Positions 20,315 through 30,832 are shown, counted from the stretch's first letter. The stretch is DNA of 64,000 nucleotides from an uncultured Cryomorphaceae bacterium (GCA_937129395.1 CAKZNE010000134.1:18196-82195), one strand, 5' to 3'. Program-made: numbers and translations. The notes: generated from the letters alone by a model not told the origin.

Positions 20315-21310
20315 CTAAGAAGGATCGTAGGCCCATGTTAAAAACACAGATCCCCATGTAAATCCACCTCCAAAGGCTGAAAAAATAATATTATCTCCCT
20401 TTTTTAATCTCTTCTCATAATCCCATAAGCAAAGGGGTAAAGTACCACTTGTTGTATTTCCATATTTGTGGATATTCAACATTACCTTATCCTCTCCAAT
20501 GCCCATTCTCCTTGCTGTGGCATCAATAATACGCTTATTTGCTTGATGAGGAACTAAAAAGGCTACATCATCGGCGCTAAGATTATTTCTTTCCATTATT
20601 TGTCCAGAAACATCCGCCATATTGGTAACTGCAAATTTAAATACTTGTGGCCCTTCTTGGTGTACAAAATGTTCTCTTTTCTGAACAGTCTCTTCACTAG
20701 AAGGATGCATAGATCCGCCAGATTTGATATATAAAAACTCTCTACCTGAACCATCGCTCTTCAATACAGAATCTTGAAGACCTAAACCTTCTTCATTGGG
20801 TTCCAGTAAAACCGCTCCTGCTCCATCTCCAAAAATAACACAAGTGGTACGATCTGTATAATCAATTATGGAGGACATTTTATCGGCTCCAATTACAAGT
20901 ACTTTTTTATGAGTACCTGCTTCAATAAATTGGGCTCCAGTAACCAAGCCATAAAGAAAGCTGGAACAGGCGCTTTGTAGGTCAAAACTAAAAGCATTTA
21001 CAGCTCCAATTTTTGTTGCAACATAAGCCGCTGTTGAAGCTACCATCATATCTGGTGTTGCGGTGGCGCAAATTACAAGCTCAATTTCACTTGCATCTAT
21101 GCCTCTTTTTTCCAAAAGTTCTTCAGCCGCCTTAATGGCCATAAATGAAGTTCCCGCACCCTCTTCTTTTAGGATCCTTCTTTCTTCAATTCCTGTACGA
21201 GACATAATCCAATCATTGGTAGTATCTACCATAGTTTCAAGGATTGAGTTGGTAAGCCTATAATCTGGCACATACCCTCCTACTGCTGTTATCGCTGCTT
21301 TTATTCCCAT
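20315..21310 (-). CDS. fabH: 3-oxoacyl-ACP synthase III
   Basis: Thiolase-fold KAS III pattern: active-site region SACSSFLYGL, HQANKRII, GNTTSGTLPL. Confidence 0.9.
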   Translation of the reverse strand: MGIKAAITAVGGYVPDYRLTNSILETMVDTTNDWIMSRTGIEERRILKEEGAGTSFMAIKAAEELLEKRGIDASEIELVICATATPDMMVASTAAYVATKIGAVNAFSFDLQSACSSFLYGLVTGAQFIEAGTHKKVLVIGADKMSSIIDYTDRTTCVIFGDGAGAVLLEPNEEGLGLQDSVLKSDGSGREFLYIKSGGSMHPSSEETVQKREHFVHQEGPQVFKFAVTNMADVSGQIMERNNLSADDVAFLVPHQANKRIIDATARRMGIGEDKVMLNIHKYGNTTSGTLPLCLWDYEKRLKKGDNIIFSAFGGGFTWGSVFLTWAYDPS

Positions 21311-22252
21311 TTAGTTGAATGCTTTCTTTATGTGTTCTGCCAAATTTGCCTTCGCCACCTTTTCCGCTGCCAATATCATATTGCAGATAGCATTAGCATT
21401 TGAAATGCCATGCCCTAAAAGAACATTACCATTTACTCCTAAAACTGGAGTACCACCATAATTCTCATAATTGAATTGGTTAAGGTAATCATCTTCAATA
21501 TTTCTTTTCTTCAGCAATTTATAAAAAGCTTCGGTTTGTTTGAGGATTAAATTTCCTGCAAAGCCATCGCAAACGGTAACATCGCAATGCCCATCGAAGA
21601 AATCTCTGGATTCCATATTACCAATAAATTCAATGGAGCTTTCTAATTTTAAAAGTTCATGGGCCTTTTGGTACATCAAACTACCTTTGGACTCTTCGGA
21701 GCCAGTATTTAATAAACCTACTTTCGGGTTTTCAATACCAAAAACCTCGCGAGCGTAAACCGTTCCGAGTTTTGCAAACTGAACTAACATTTCTGGCTTA
21801 CAATCTACGTTGATACCAACATCCAAAAGAATATTTTTACTACCATCTGGTAATGGAAAGGCAGAAGCCACACAAGGTCTCCACACACTATCAATCTGCT
21901 TAACAGAATGAATGGCACCAATCATTACAGCACCAGAATGCCCGGCACTAGCAAAAACATCAAGTTTTTTATGAGCTAATAAACCAAATCCAACAGCAAG
22001 GCTGCTGTCTTTTTTACTTTGAAGGGCTTTTATTGGATGTTCCTCCATTCCAATTACTTGGGTGGTAGGTACAATTTTCACACGTTCAGAATCAATACCT
22101 GATTGCTGCAAAAGATCCGAAATAGCCAATTGATCTCCAATTAACCACAATTCAGAATCGTCGCTGAGTTTATCCAAGGCAAGAATTGCCCCTTCCAAAG
22201 CTGCAAGGGGAGCGAAATCTCCCCCCATAATATCTATTCCTATTTTTGTCAT
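21311..22252 (-). CDS. plsX: Phosphate acyltransferase
   Basis: MTKIGIDIMGGDFAP.. is a typical PlsX N-terminus. Start set at ATG 22252; abuts the fabH start. Confidence 0.88.
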   Translation of the reverse strand: MTKIGIDIMGGDFAPLAALEGAILALDKLSDDSELWLIGDQLAISDLLQQSGIDSERVKIVPTTQVIGMEEHPIKALQSKKDSSLAVGFGLLAHKKLDVFASAGHSGAVMIGAIHSVKQIDSVWRPCVASAFPLPDGSKNILLDVGINVDCKPEMLVQFAKLGTVYAREVFGIENPKVGLLNTGSEESKGSLMYQKAHELLKLESSIEFIGNMESRDFFDGHCDVTVCDGFAGNLILKQTEAFYKLLKKRNIEDDYLNQFNYENYGGTPVLGVNGNVLLGHGISNANAICNMILAAEKVAKANLAEHIKKAFN

Positions 22253-22300
22253 ATGGAAAGAAAGTGTAACCATCTAGGAAACACTTTCTAAGAAATCAGC

Positions 22301-22489
22301 CTAGGCTGCTTCTTTTTCCATTACCACTTTACCTTTATAGTAAAGTTTTCCTTCGTGCCAATGCGCTCTATGATATAAATGCGCTTCGCCGGTTGTTTGA
22401 CAGATAGCAACGGTTGGGGCAACAGCCTTGTAGTGCGTTCTTCTCTTGTCTCTTCTAGTTTTAGAAATCTTTCTCTTAGGATGAGCCAT
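22301..22489 (-). CDS. rpmF: 50S ribosomal protein L32
   Basis: [21 protein letters not shown]. Confidence 0.9.
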   Translation of the reverse strand: MAHPKRKISKTRRDKRRTHYKAVAPTVAICQTTGEAHLYHRAHWHEGKLYYKGKVVMEKEAA

Positions 22490-22501
22490 TTCCTTCTTAT
22501 T

Positions 22502-23032
22502 TTAATTTAGTAATGTTCTTAATTTATCCCACCTTGGGTCAACTTCACCTTCTTTTGTCTCCGATTGTACATCAGGACTTAAGTCTTCAATCTTCTTTAA
22601 AATATCTCCTCCCTTTTTTCCCGACAAAACATCAGGATTAATTTTCTTTAAAGGAACTGTTAATACGGCAAGTTCATAGGCAACTTGACTGATATCGACA
22701 TAATGACTATCAAAGGGAAGAATTAAAATTTCTTCGTTTTCATCATTAAACTCCTCTCCAAACTTCACTAAAAGCGAAATTTTGTTTTCCAAAGGCAAAT
22801 CAAAAAGGTCATTGGTAACATCACATGGTACCAAAACAGTCCCGGAAAGAGTTAAATCCAATTCCAATGAATTGGTTTTTTTCTCCATAATTAGGTCTAC
22901 TTTCAGATTTGCATCTTCAAAATCGGAAAATTCAAAAAGGTCAAAGAACGATTTATCTAACTGAAAATCAAACTTATGGTAACCCAACTTCAATCCGGTA
23001 AACTTAATATTGAAATCTTTATCAGTCTTCAT
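22502..23032 (-). CDS. DUF177 (YceD-like) protein
   Basis: Acidic 176-aa protein directly upstream of rpmF-plsX, the conserved YceD position. Confidence 0.7.
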   Translation of the reverse strand: MKTDKDFNIKFTGLKLGYHKFDFQLDKSFFDLFEFSDFEDANLKVDLIMEKKTNSLELDLTLSGTVLVPCDVTNDLFDLPLENKISLLVKFGEEFNDENEEILILPFDSHYVDISQVAYELAVLTVPLKKINPDVLSGKKGGDILKKIEDLSPDVQSETKEGEVDPRWDKLRTLLN

Positions 23033-23059
23033 ATCTCACCTTCAAAAAGTTACAGCCCG

Positions 23060-23067
23060 CAAAGATA
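23060..23067 (-). promoter_or_regulatory. -7 box TATCTTTG (DUF177-rpmF-plsX-fabH)
   Basis: Plus strand CAAAGATA, 28 nt upstream of ATG 23032. Confidence 0.4.
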
Positions 23068-23089
23068 TAAAATCTTTTAACTGACAAGC

Positions 23090-24136
23090 TTAATGATCTT
23101 GTTTTCTCTGTTTTTTTAGTGCATTCTTTTCAAGCGCCTTATTTTCCTTTCTGTTTTTTGCTATTTCTATAGCCATATAAAGGGCTTGTCTAAAAGATGA
23201 TTCATCTGCTAAACCCTTACCAGCTATATCAAAACCTGTCCCGTGATCTGGGCTGGTTCTTACAATTGGCAAACCAGCAGAATAATTTACACCTTCACCA
23301 AAAGAAATACTTTTAAAGGCAATTAAACCTTGATCGTGGTACATACTTAGTATAGCATCGAATTTAGAATAGGCATTTGAACCAAAAAAACCATCTGCAC
23401 TATAGGGCCCGAAAGCCATTATTCCTTGATCCGAAGCTTTTTGAATAGCCGGCCTAATGATTTCTTCTTCCTCTTTTCCAATTACACCATTATCTCCAGC
23501 GTGGGGGTTAAGTCCTAAAACAGCAATTTTTCCTTTAGAAATATTAAAATCTGTTTTTAAACTATTATGAATGGTTTTTAATCGGGAAACAATTAACTCT
23601 TCATTTAGCGCGGCTGCAACTTCAGAAATTGGAATGTGTACCGTTGCTAAGGCCATTCTCATGTGGTCGCTTATCAACATCATTGTTGCCTTGGATTTGA
23701 ATCTTTCTTCCAAATAATCTGTATGTCCGGAAAATTTAAAATCCTCACTTTGAATCGCGGCCTTGTTTATTGGTGCCGTAAGCAAAGCATCAATTTTTCC
23801 ATTTTCTAAAAATTCACAGGCCTTTTCTATTGATTTCAAGGCAAAACTACCAACCTGAGCGTTTTCCGCACCTAGCTGAATATTTACATCTTCCTTCCAA
23901 GTATTAAACAAATTTGCCTTGTTCACTTGGATTTTATCAATCTCGTGAACAATATTAAAGTTGAAATTTTCAATTTTAAGTGCTCTCCTATGAAATGAGG
24001 CAACTTTAGATGTAGCAAAAACCACTGGAGTACAAATACTTAATACATCGGGGTTTTGGAAGGTTTTCATAATGATTTCCATTCCAATTCCGTTTAAATC
24101 TCCAACTGAAATCCCTATTATTGGCTTGGCGTCCAT
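23090..24136 (-). CDS. pdxA: 4-hydroxythreonine-4-phosphate dehydrogenase
   Basis: GISVGDLNGIGMEI, GHTDYL, GLNPHAGDNG, SPDHGTGFDIAG motifs. Confidence 0.88.
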   Translation of the reverse strand: MDAKPIIGISVGDLNGIGMEIIMKTFQNPDVLSICTPVVFATSKVASFHRRALKIENFNFNIVHEIDKIQVNKANLFNTWKEDVNIQLGAENAQVGSFALKSIEKACEFLENGKIDALLTAPINKAAIQSEDFKFSGHTDYLEERFKSKATMMLISDHMRMALATVHIPISEVAAALNEELIVSRLKTIHNSLKTDFNISKGKIAVLGLNPHAGDNGVIGKEEEEIIRPAIQKASDQGIMAFGPYSADGFFGSNAYSKFDAILSMYHDQGLIAFKSISFGEGVNYSAGLPIVRTSPDHGTGFDIAGKGLADESSFRQALYMAIEIAKNRKENKALEKNALKKQRKQDH

Positions 24137-25563
24137 TAGGCTCTATTTTTTAAATAATTAAATAACAAACGAACCCCAACCCCTGTTCCTCCTCTAGGTC
24201 TATACCCGTCATCTGCATTCAAAAAAGCTGGGCCGGCAATATCCAAATGGACATAAGGGTAGTCTGTAAATCTTTCTAAAAATTTCCCTGCTGTAATGGC
24301 GCCACCTTCTCTTCCTCCTATGTTTTTTACATCGGCAATAGAAGATTTTAAAAGTTCATTATACTCATCCCAAAAAGGAAATCTTGCAATTCTCTCATAG
24401 GCTTCTTTTCCTGCATGCCCTAAATCATTAAAAACTTGATCCTTTGCATTTCCCATAGCGACAACTCCAAATTTACCAATAGCAACAGCGGCTGCACCAG
24501 TCAATGTAGCAAGATCAATTACTACTTCTGGTTTGAATTTTTTAGCATAAGCCAAAGCATCAGCCAAAATCATCCTTCCTTCAGCATCGGTATTTAACAC
24601 TTCAACGGTTGATCCATCAAACATTGTAATTACATCGCCTGGGGTGTAAGCCTTTTCTCCCGGTCTATTATCCGTTGCTGGAGTAAGACCGATAATATGT
24701 AATGGTAAATTCGCCTTTGCCACACTTATCATTGTGCCTATAACAGCTGCTGCTCCACCCATATCGCTTTTCATCGAATCCATGGATCCCGCTGTTGGCT
24801 TTAAACTTAAACCTCCTGTATCGTAAACAACCCCTTTTCCTACAAGTACAATTGGCTTTTTATTCAATGACTTACTAGGCTTGTATTCCATTATTGTAAA
24901 GGTTGGAGGGTCTTGACTTCCTTTATTAACCGCAAGTAGCCCGCCCATTTTAAGGGATTCAATCTTTTTCTTGTTTAGTATCTCAACCTTAAAACCATAT
25001 TTCTCACCTGCCCTTTTAGCTTCATTCGCTAATTCAGTTGCGGTTAAGTGCATCACAGGTTCGTTTACTAAATCCCTTGCTTTAAAAACTCCAGTAATAG
25101 TTGAATTCAAATTCAGTATTTCTTTTGAACCTGCGCCAATCACTACAATTTCCTTTAATGACTTAGCTCGCTTCTTGGCGTCACTAAAGTATTTTAGGAA
25201 TTCATAGTTTGATAAGGCGAGTCCCTCAGCAAAAGCTATGGGGTCTAAACGCTCATTAAGACTTTCAACCTCAACTTTTGAAATTGATTCTGACCCAATC
25301 CAGCTAAGCGCTGATTTACCCTTGAGTCTCAAAGCTTCAAAAGTTTGGAATTTTCCTTTTTTTGAGGTTTCTACTTTAATAAAATACAAACCATTTTCAT
25401 AATGATTTATAGAAGCTTCATCCTTCTTATGCTTTTTAAACTTATTGTCGAGGTATTTTTGTTCCTCTCCGCTTAAGCCTAGTTTATCCAAATCTTTAAG
25501 GGATTCGAACAGATATATAGTATGTGCTGATGAAGACGTAGACTTTCCTGCACTAATTTTCAT
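24136..25563 (-). CDS. pepA: Leucyl aminopeptidase (M17)
   Basis: VGKGVVYDTGGLSLKP, NTDAEGRMILADAL. Start set at ATG 25563, downstream of a -7 box; 1-nt TAATG overlap with pdxA. Confidence 0.88.
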   Translation of the reverse strand: MKISAGKSTSSSAHTIYLFESLKDLDKLGLSGEEQKYLDNKFKKHKKDEASINHYENGLYFIKVETSKKGKFQTFEALRLKGKSALSWIGSESISKVEVESLNERLDPIAFAEGLALSNYEFLKYFSDAKKRAKSLKEIVVIGAGSKEILNLNSTITGVFKARDLVNEPVMHLTATELANEAKRAGEKYGFKVEILNKKKIESLKMGGLLAVNKGSQDPPTFTIMEYKPSKSLNKKPIVLVGKGVVYDTGGLSLKPTAGSMDSMKSDMGGAAAVIGTMISVAKANLPLHIIGLTPATDNRPGEKAYTPGDVITMFDGSTVEVLNTDAEGRMILADALAYAKKFKPEVVIDLATLTGAAAVAIGKFGVVAMGNAKDQVFNDLGHAGKEAYERIARFPFWDEYNELLKSSIADVKNIGGREGGAITAGKFLERFTDYPYVHLDIAGPAFLNADDGYRPRGGTGVGVRLLFNYLKNRA

Positions 25564-25587
25564 AAAGAGTTTTATTAAATTTGATAA

Positions 25588-25595
25588 CAAAAGTA
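25588..25595 (-). promoter_or_regulatory. -7 box TACTTTTG (pepA-pdxA)
   Basis: Plus strand CAAAAGTA, 25 nt upstream of ATG 25563. Confidence 0.45.
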
Positions 25596-25685
25596 TTATT
25601 ATTTGAGGCAACTAATGCGGATTGTGAACATCTAGTAAAATAAGAGGTTTATTATTCTGTTAATAGCAGTCCAAGACCAAAGTCG

Positions 25686-25693
25686 TATTTTTG
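25686..25693 (+). promoter_or_regulatory. -7 box TATTTTTG (T9SS paralogue 3)
   Basis: Exact match 19 nt upstream of ATG 25712. Confidence 0.45.
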
Positions 25694-25711
25694 GACTTTC
25701 CACTGAGTTTT

Positions 25712-28384
25712 ATGAAGAAGTTTATTTTCTTTTTAGTATTGTTTTTTCTTTCCCTGTCTAGCTATGCTACGCACAATAGGGCTGGAGAAATTACCTATAG
25801 ATGGTTAGGAGGGAATACCTATGAAGTTACCATTACCACCTACACAAAAAATTCTGTCCCTGCTGATAGATGCCTTCTAACGGTAGACTGGGGAGATACC
25901 AACACCGAAAATTTACCTCGCTCAAATGGTGCTTCAGGGACTGGGTGTCCATCCAATGCAAAACTTGGCGAATTAATTTCTGGTACGGATATTCGATTAA
26001 ACATTTATAAAGGGGTACATACCTATTCGGCTTCAGGTATTTATATCATCTCATTTGAGGATCCAAACCGAAACCTCGGTGTTGCAAATATTATTCAATC
26101 GGTAAATGTGCCTTTCTTTGTTCAAACAGAACTAGTGGTAAGCTCTACTTTGGGCGGGAATAATTCGGTGCAATTGTTAAATCCCCCCATAAATGACGGT
26201 TGTACCCGAAAATTATTTAAACATAATCCCGGTGCTTTTGATATTGACGGTGATAGTCTATCCTATCAACTGGTTTTATCTCGTGGATCTGAAGGCCAGC
26301 AAATTCCTACTATTTACGATCCTGCATTTGTTACGGATAGTATAAAAATTGACGCTTTAACAGGTGATTTAGTTTGGGACCTTCCCCAACAAATTGGACA
26401 ATTTAATTTTGCAATTCAAATAAACGAATGGCGAAATGACCCTATAAGCGGTATTCCTACACGAATTGGTTATGTAATAAGGGATCTTCAAATTGATATA
26501 AAAGGTTGTGGAAATAATCCTCCTGTTATAAGTCCAGTTGGGCCATTTTGTATTGAAGCTGGACAAACCCTAACCTTTAACGTTACAGCAACCGACCCAG
26601 ATGGTGACCCCTTAAGCTTAACTGCATTTGGTGGGCCTTTTTCGGTATTAAATCCAGCGCAGCCTATTAATACAAGTGGCGCTAGTCCTCGCACTGCAAC
26701 TTTCATTTGGCAAACCGAATGTCATCACGTACGTAAGCAGCCTTATTTTTTAACTTTTGAGGCCGAGGACAATCCTGTTCAATTTGGCGAACAGGCTTTG
26801 GTGGACATGTATACAACTGAAATAACCGTAGTTGCTCCATCGCCCAAAAACCCAATAGCCCTGGCAAGTCTAGAAAAAATAAATCTCTCTTGGGATCCCG
26901 AAATTTGCACCGATGCCATTGGATATCGAATTTATAGAAGGGAAGATAGCTTTGGTTTTATACCAGGCGATTGTGAAACTGGAGTGCCTGAATATACTGG
27001 TTATAAATTTTTAGCTGAGGTTCAAGGACTTAATTCGGTTAGCTATGCCGACGATTTTGATTTGAAAAAAGGAGTGCGATACTGCTATATGGTCTATGCT
27101 TTTTTTCAAGATGAATCCGAAAGTTATGCTTCAGTTGAGTTTTGTGCCTCATTGCCCTTAACAGATCCTCTTATTACAAATGTGGATGTATTAAATACCG
27201 ACCCAAATAATGGTGAAGTATCTGTTCATTGGATTCATCCACCAGAAATAGACAGTACGCTAAACCCTCCTCCATATTCTTATAAGTTATTTAGAGCCAC
27301 AGGTATGAATGGTGTGGATTACGCTGAAATTCAAAGCCTTACCGATACGTTTTACCTTGATCAAAGTTTAAACACCCTTGACACTTCATTTAGATACAAA
27401 GTTGAAATGTTTTCAGGAATTAACCTCGATCTAGTTGGCGACTCGGACCCGGCTAGCTCAGTTTATTTGGAAGTTGAAGGTCAGGATGAAAGTAATTTAT
27501 TGGTTTTTTCGCATAATACCCCTTGGTATAATTACGAATACATTATTTCTCGTGAAAGTCCAACTGGAAGTGGAAACTTTGTGATTCTTGATACTACTAA
27601 TTCAGAAGAATATGTAGATGACAGTTTGGTAAATGGTGATAATTACTGTTATAAAGTTTTAACCATTGGAGAATATACCGCTGGCGGAAATTTAGTGCCA
27701 AAGCCACTTTTCAATAATTCCCAGATAAATTGTGGAAGTCCTGTTGACACCAGCGCCCCTTGTCCTCCGTTTTTGCTATCTGACTTTTATTGCGAAAAAG
27801 ATTCTTTGGTTTTAACATGGCTTATTCCACCAGATCCAAATTGCGCTGATGATATTCAGTTTTACAATGTTTATTACAAGGAAAATGAAAGTGACAATTT
27901 CCTTGAAACTCCGATTTTTCAGTTTAACAATACCCAAAACAGCCATACTTTATTTGCTGTAAATGATGGTAGGCCAATTGTGGGTTGCTATGCGGTAACT
28001 GCCGTTGATGATGCCGACCAAGACCCGTCGGGTGAGGCCAATGAAAGTGGCTTTAGCAATATTATTTGCGTGCAGGCTTGTCCTCTTATTAAATTTCCAA
28101 ATATGTTTAGTCCGAATGGAGATTCTAAGAACGATTTCTTTACAGCAACGGAATTTAAGGATATTAAAGAGCTCAGAATAAGTGTACGAAATCGTTGGGG
28201 TACGGAAGTTTACCAAACTAGCGATGGAAACGAATTTTTGAATACGGGCTGGGATGGTAAGGACATTTTTACGGGCAAGGATTGTTCGGAAGGAGTTTAT
28301 TATTTCGTTTGCCAATACAGTCCATTAAGTATTTCAGAATCTAAAGAAAGAGTGGTAAATGGCTTTGTACATTTGTTCCGTTAA
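25712..28384 (+). CDS. Large secreted protein with T9SS type B C-terminal sorting domain (paralogue 3; cadherin-like and FN3-like middle)
   Basis: Signal peptide, then THNRAGEITYRWLGG; DIDGDSLSYQL; TATDPDGDPLSL. C-terminus FPNMFSPNGDSKNDFF..RNRWGTEVY..WDGKD..EGVYYF. ATG 25712 preferred over the track TTG 25691. Confidence 0.8.
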   Translation: MKKFIFFLVLFFLSLSSYATHNRAGEITYRWLGGNTYEVTITTYTKNSVPADRCLLTVDWGDTNTENLPRSNGASGTGCPSNAKLGELISGTDIRLNIYKGVHTYSASGIYIISFEDPNRNLGVANIIQSVNVPFFVQTELVVSSTLGGNNSVQLLNPPINDGCTRKLFKHNPGAFDIDGDSLSYQLVLSRGSEGQQIPTIYDPAFVTDSIKIDALTGDLVWDLPQQIGQFNFAIQINEWRNDPISGIPTRIGYVIRDLQIDIKGCGNNPPVISPVGPFCIEAGQTLTFNVTATDPDGDPLSLTAFGGPFSVLNPAQPINTSGASPRTATFIWQTECHHVRKQPYFLTFEAEDNPVQFGEQALVDMYTTEITVVAPSPKNPIALASLEKINLSWDPEICTDAIGYRIYRREDSFGFIPGDCETGVPEYTGYKFLAEVQGLNSVSYADDFDLKKGVRYCYMVYAFFQDESESYASVEFCASLPLTDPLITNVDVLNTDPNNGEVSVHWIHPPEIDSTLNPPPYSYKLFRATGMNGVDYAEIQSLTDTFYLDQSLNTLDTSFRYKVEMFSGINLDLVGDSDPASSVYLEVEGQDESNLLVFSHNTPWYNYEYIISRESPTGSGNFVILDTTNSEEYVDDSLVNGDNYCYKVLTIGEYTAGGNLVPKPLFNNSQINCGSPVDTSAPCPPFLLSDFYCEKDSLVLTWLIPPDPNCADDIQFYNVYYKENESDNFLETPIFQFNNTQNSHTLFAVNDGRPIVGCYAVTAVDDADQDPSGEANESGFSNIICVQACPLIKFPNMFSPNGDSKNDFFTATEFKDIKELRISVRNRWGTEVYQTSDGNEFLNTGWDGKDIFTGKDCSEGVYYFVCQYSPLSISESKERVVNGFVHLFR

Positions 28385-28401
28385 TATCATATTTCACAAT
28401 A

Positions 28402-28992
28402 ATGTTTACAGGTATCGTTGAGGCTTTAGGGAAGGTTACTAAGCTTGAAAAGGAACAAAGTAATTTACATATAAGCCTACTTTGTCCATTTACAAAAGAG
28501 CTAAAAATTGATCAAAGTGTTGCTCATAATGGGGTATGCCTTACGGTTGTAGATATTGATAAAGACAGTTATACTGTAACGGCTATTGATGAAACCCTGG
28601 CACGAACCAACTTGAAGCATCTTAAATTTGGGGATGAATTAAATCTAGAACGATGTACCCAAATTGGAGCAAGGCTAGACGGCCATATCGTTCAAGGTCA
28701 TGTAGATCAAACTGGAGTTTGTAAAAGTGTGGAAAACCTAAATGGAAGTTGGAAATTTAGTTTTGAATACGAGCCAAACCCATCCAATGTAACCGTTCAA
28801 AAGGGAAGCATTTGCATAAATGGTGTTAGTCTTACTGTTGTAGATTCTGATAATAATTCCTTTTCGGTGGCTATTATTCCTTATACCTACGAACACACTT
28901 CTTTCAAAAGCATTGAGGTTGGAACCGAAGTGAATTTAGAATTTGATATTATTGGAAAATATGTTGCCCGGTTAATAGAGGCCAGAGGTTAA
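28402..28992 (+). CDS. ribE: Riboflavin synthase alpha chain
   Basis: MFTGIVEALGKV start and duplicated lumazine-binding halves (GVCLTVV / GVSLTVV). Confidence 0.9.
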   Translation: MFTGIVEALGKVTKLEKEQSNLHISLLCPFTKELKIDQSVAHNGVCLTVVDIDKDSYTVTAIDETLARTNLKHLKFGDELNLERCTQIGARLDGHIVQGHVDQTGVCKSVENLNGSWKFSFEYEPNPSNVTVQKGSICINGVSLTVVDSDNNSFSVAIIPYTYEHTSFKSIEVGTEVNLEFDIIGKYVARLIEARG

Positions 28993-28993
28993 T

Positions 28994-30691
28994 TTAAAAT
29001 CCCTTAATCGATTTTTCATCCAAAGCCACCAATTCCAATAATTGATTATTGGATCCATGTTCAATGAATTGGTCTGGTAAAGAATGACATTTTAACCTTA
29101 TTGGACTGTTCCACTTTGCTTTTAATGAGGCCAGTTTTTCTCCCAAACCACCAGCAGGAGAATTTTCCTCAATACTTATAACTTCATCATATTCTGAAAA
29201 TATAGTCGCTATGGCGTCCTCGTCAATTGGCTTCAGGTAAACCAAATCATAATGAGAATATTTCAAGTCTTTTAATGCCTTTTGCACTTCCAAACCAATT
29301 GCCCCATAGCTGATAAAAGCCTTCGTTTTTCCTTTTTTAAGTTTTCTTAATTTTCCAAATCCAAGGCCGATTTCCTTTTGGTCCTTACTAAAATTTCCAC
29401 CTTTGGGATAACGAATTACAAAAGCTTTATCAGATTTCAAACTTTCCTCCAATAAGCAAGAAAGTGACTTTCCATCCATGGGAGCCGTTATAATAATATT
29501 AGGAATTGTATTTAAAAAACCAGGATCAAAATTTCCGTGGTGAGTCGCTCCATCTTCTCCTACCAAACTAGCTCTATCCAGACAAAAAACCACTGCCAAA
29601 CCTTGTAAAGCTACATCGTGTATAATCTGATCAAAAGCTCTTTGGGCGAAAGTGGAATACAAATGACATACAGGAATAAAGCCATCGGCGGCCAAAGCGG
29701 CACTCATTGTTACGGCATGCTGTTCTGCAATTCCCACATCGAAGGTTCTATTTGGAAACTTTTCTTTAAAATCACTTAATCCAGCTCCAGCTAGCATCGC
29801 CGGACTAATAGCCACAAGTTTTTCATTCTTTAAAGCCAATTCCTCCATTTTTGAGGCGAAAATTTCTTGGAAAGAAAATTCTTGTTTTGGATTGGAGCTA
29901 GTCTGAATTTGATCTATCCAACCCCGTCCCTTTTCGGTAATCACACGAATTACTTTAGCACCTTTTTCGTTTTTCAAGGAGCCAAGCGTGGATATCAATT
30001 TTGCCGTATCATGACCATCAACATCGCCAATAAAATCGAGATTTAAGGAGGTAAAGAAATCAGCATATTTTTGGTTTTGAGATAAGGCACCCACATTTGG
30101 ATCAATGGAAGAATCGTTGTCATTAATAATGATGAGGCAGTTTAAATTTCTTTCTCCTATATAGTTGAGGGCCTCAAAACTTTCCCCTCCAGTTAAAGCA
30201 CCATCTCCAATAACCGCGATATGATTTCGGTTAATGCCTTTTAATTTAGCACCTTCGGCAAATCCAGAAACTGCCGAGATGGAAGTAGAGGAGTGCCCGG
30301 CACCAAAAGGATCGTAAACACTTTCCTTTCTATTTGTAAAACCACTGAGGCCACCAAATTTTCTATTGCTATGAAAAAGGTTTTTTCTTTCGGTTAGGAT
30401 TTTATGGATATAGGCTTGATGACCAACATCCCAAACTAAAATATCATCTGGAGTATCGAAAACAAAATGTAGGGCAATGCTTAATTCCACCACCCCTAAA
30501 CTGGATTTAATATGCCCAGCCTTGGTTTTGGTTATTTCCTGAACAAAAAACCGGAGCTCTTGAGCCAGTTGATCCAATTCGGAAACTCCCAATTTTTTCA
30601 GGTCTTTTGGGGAATTGATATTCTCTAAAACTTGGTATTTCACAGACAAAATTTGCTGAGCAAAGGTAGATATTTTTAAATGTGGAATCAT
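28994..30691 (-). CDS. dxs: 1-deoxy-D-xylulose-5-phosphate synthase
   Basis: GHIKSSLGVVELSIALH, WDVGHQAYIHKILT, GDGALTGG TPP motif, IAEQHAVT. Confidence 0.88.
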   Translation of the reverse strand: MIPHLKISTFAQQILSVKYQVLENINSPKDLKKLGVSELDQLAQELRFFVQEITKTKAGHIKSSLGVVELSIALHFVFDTPDDILVWDVGHQAYIHKILTERKNLFHSNRKFGGLSGFTNRKESVYDPFGAGHSSTSISAVSGFAEGAKLKGINRNHIAVIGDGALTGGESFEALNYIGERNLNCLIIINDNDSSIDPNVGALSQNQKYADFFTSLNLDFIGDVDGHDTAKLISTLGSLKNEKGAKVIRVITEKGRGWIDQIQTSSNPKQEFSFQEIFASKMEELALKNEKLVAISPAMLAGAGLSDFKEKFPNRTFDVGIAEQHAVTMSAALAADGFIPVCHLYSTFAQRAFDQIIHDVALQGLAVVFCLDRASLVGEDGATHHGNFDPGFLNTIPNIIITAPMDGKSLSCLLEESLKSDKAFVIRYPKGGNFSKDQKEIGLGFGKLRKLKKGKTKAFISYGAIGLEVQKALKDLKYSHYDLVYLKPIDEDAIATIFSEYDEVISIEENSPAGGLGEKLASLKAKWNSPIRLKCHSLPDQFIEHGSNNQLLELVALDEKSIKGF

Positions 30692-30805
30692 TGATTTATT
30701 CCTTACAGATGGGCAAACAAATAATGATTCACAAAGAAATAGTGAGCATTTATCTCAAGCCATTGAAAACTACCTGTCCACACCTATAATTATAATGGGT
30801 ATCCT

Positions 30806-30813
30806 TACCTTTG
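30806..30813 (+). promoter_or_regulatory. -7 box TACCTTTG (lysS)
   Basis: Exact match 20 nt upstream of ATG 30833. Confidence 0.5.
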
Positions 30814-30832
30814 CCAAAATTTTTTTAAAACT

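Noticed and set aside
30692-30832. Possible riboswitch in the dxs/lysS divergent spacer, and upstream of ribE
   Set aside because: The spacer is 141 nt, AT-rich, and lacks TPP (CUGAGA), lysine or FMN core motifs. The ribE spacer is only 17 nt. A lysS -7 box explains part of the region.
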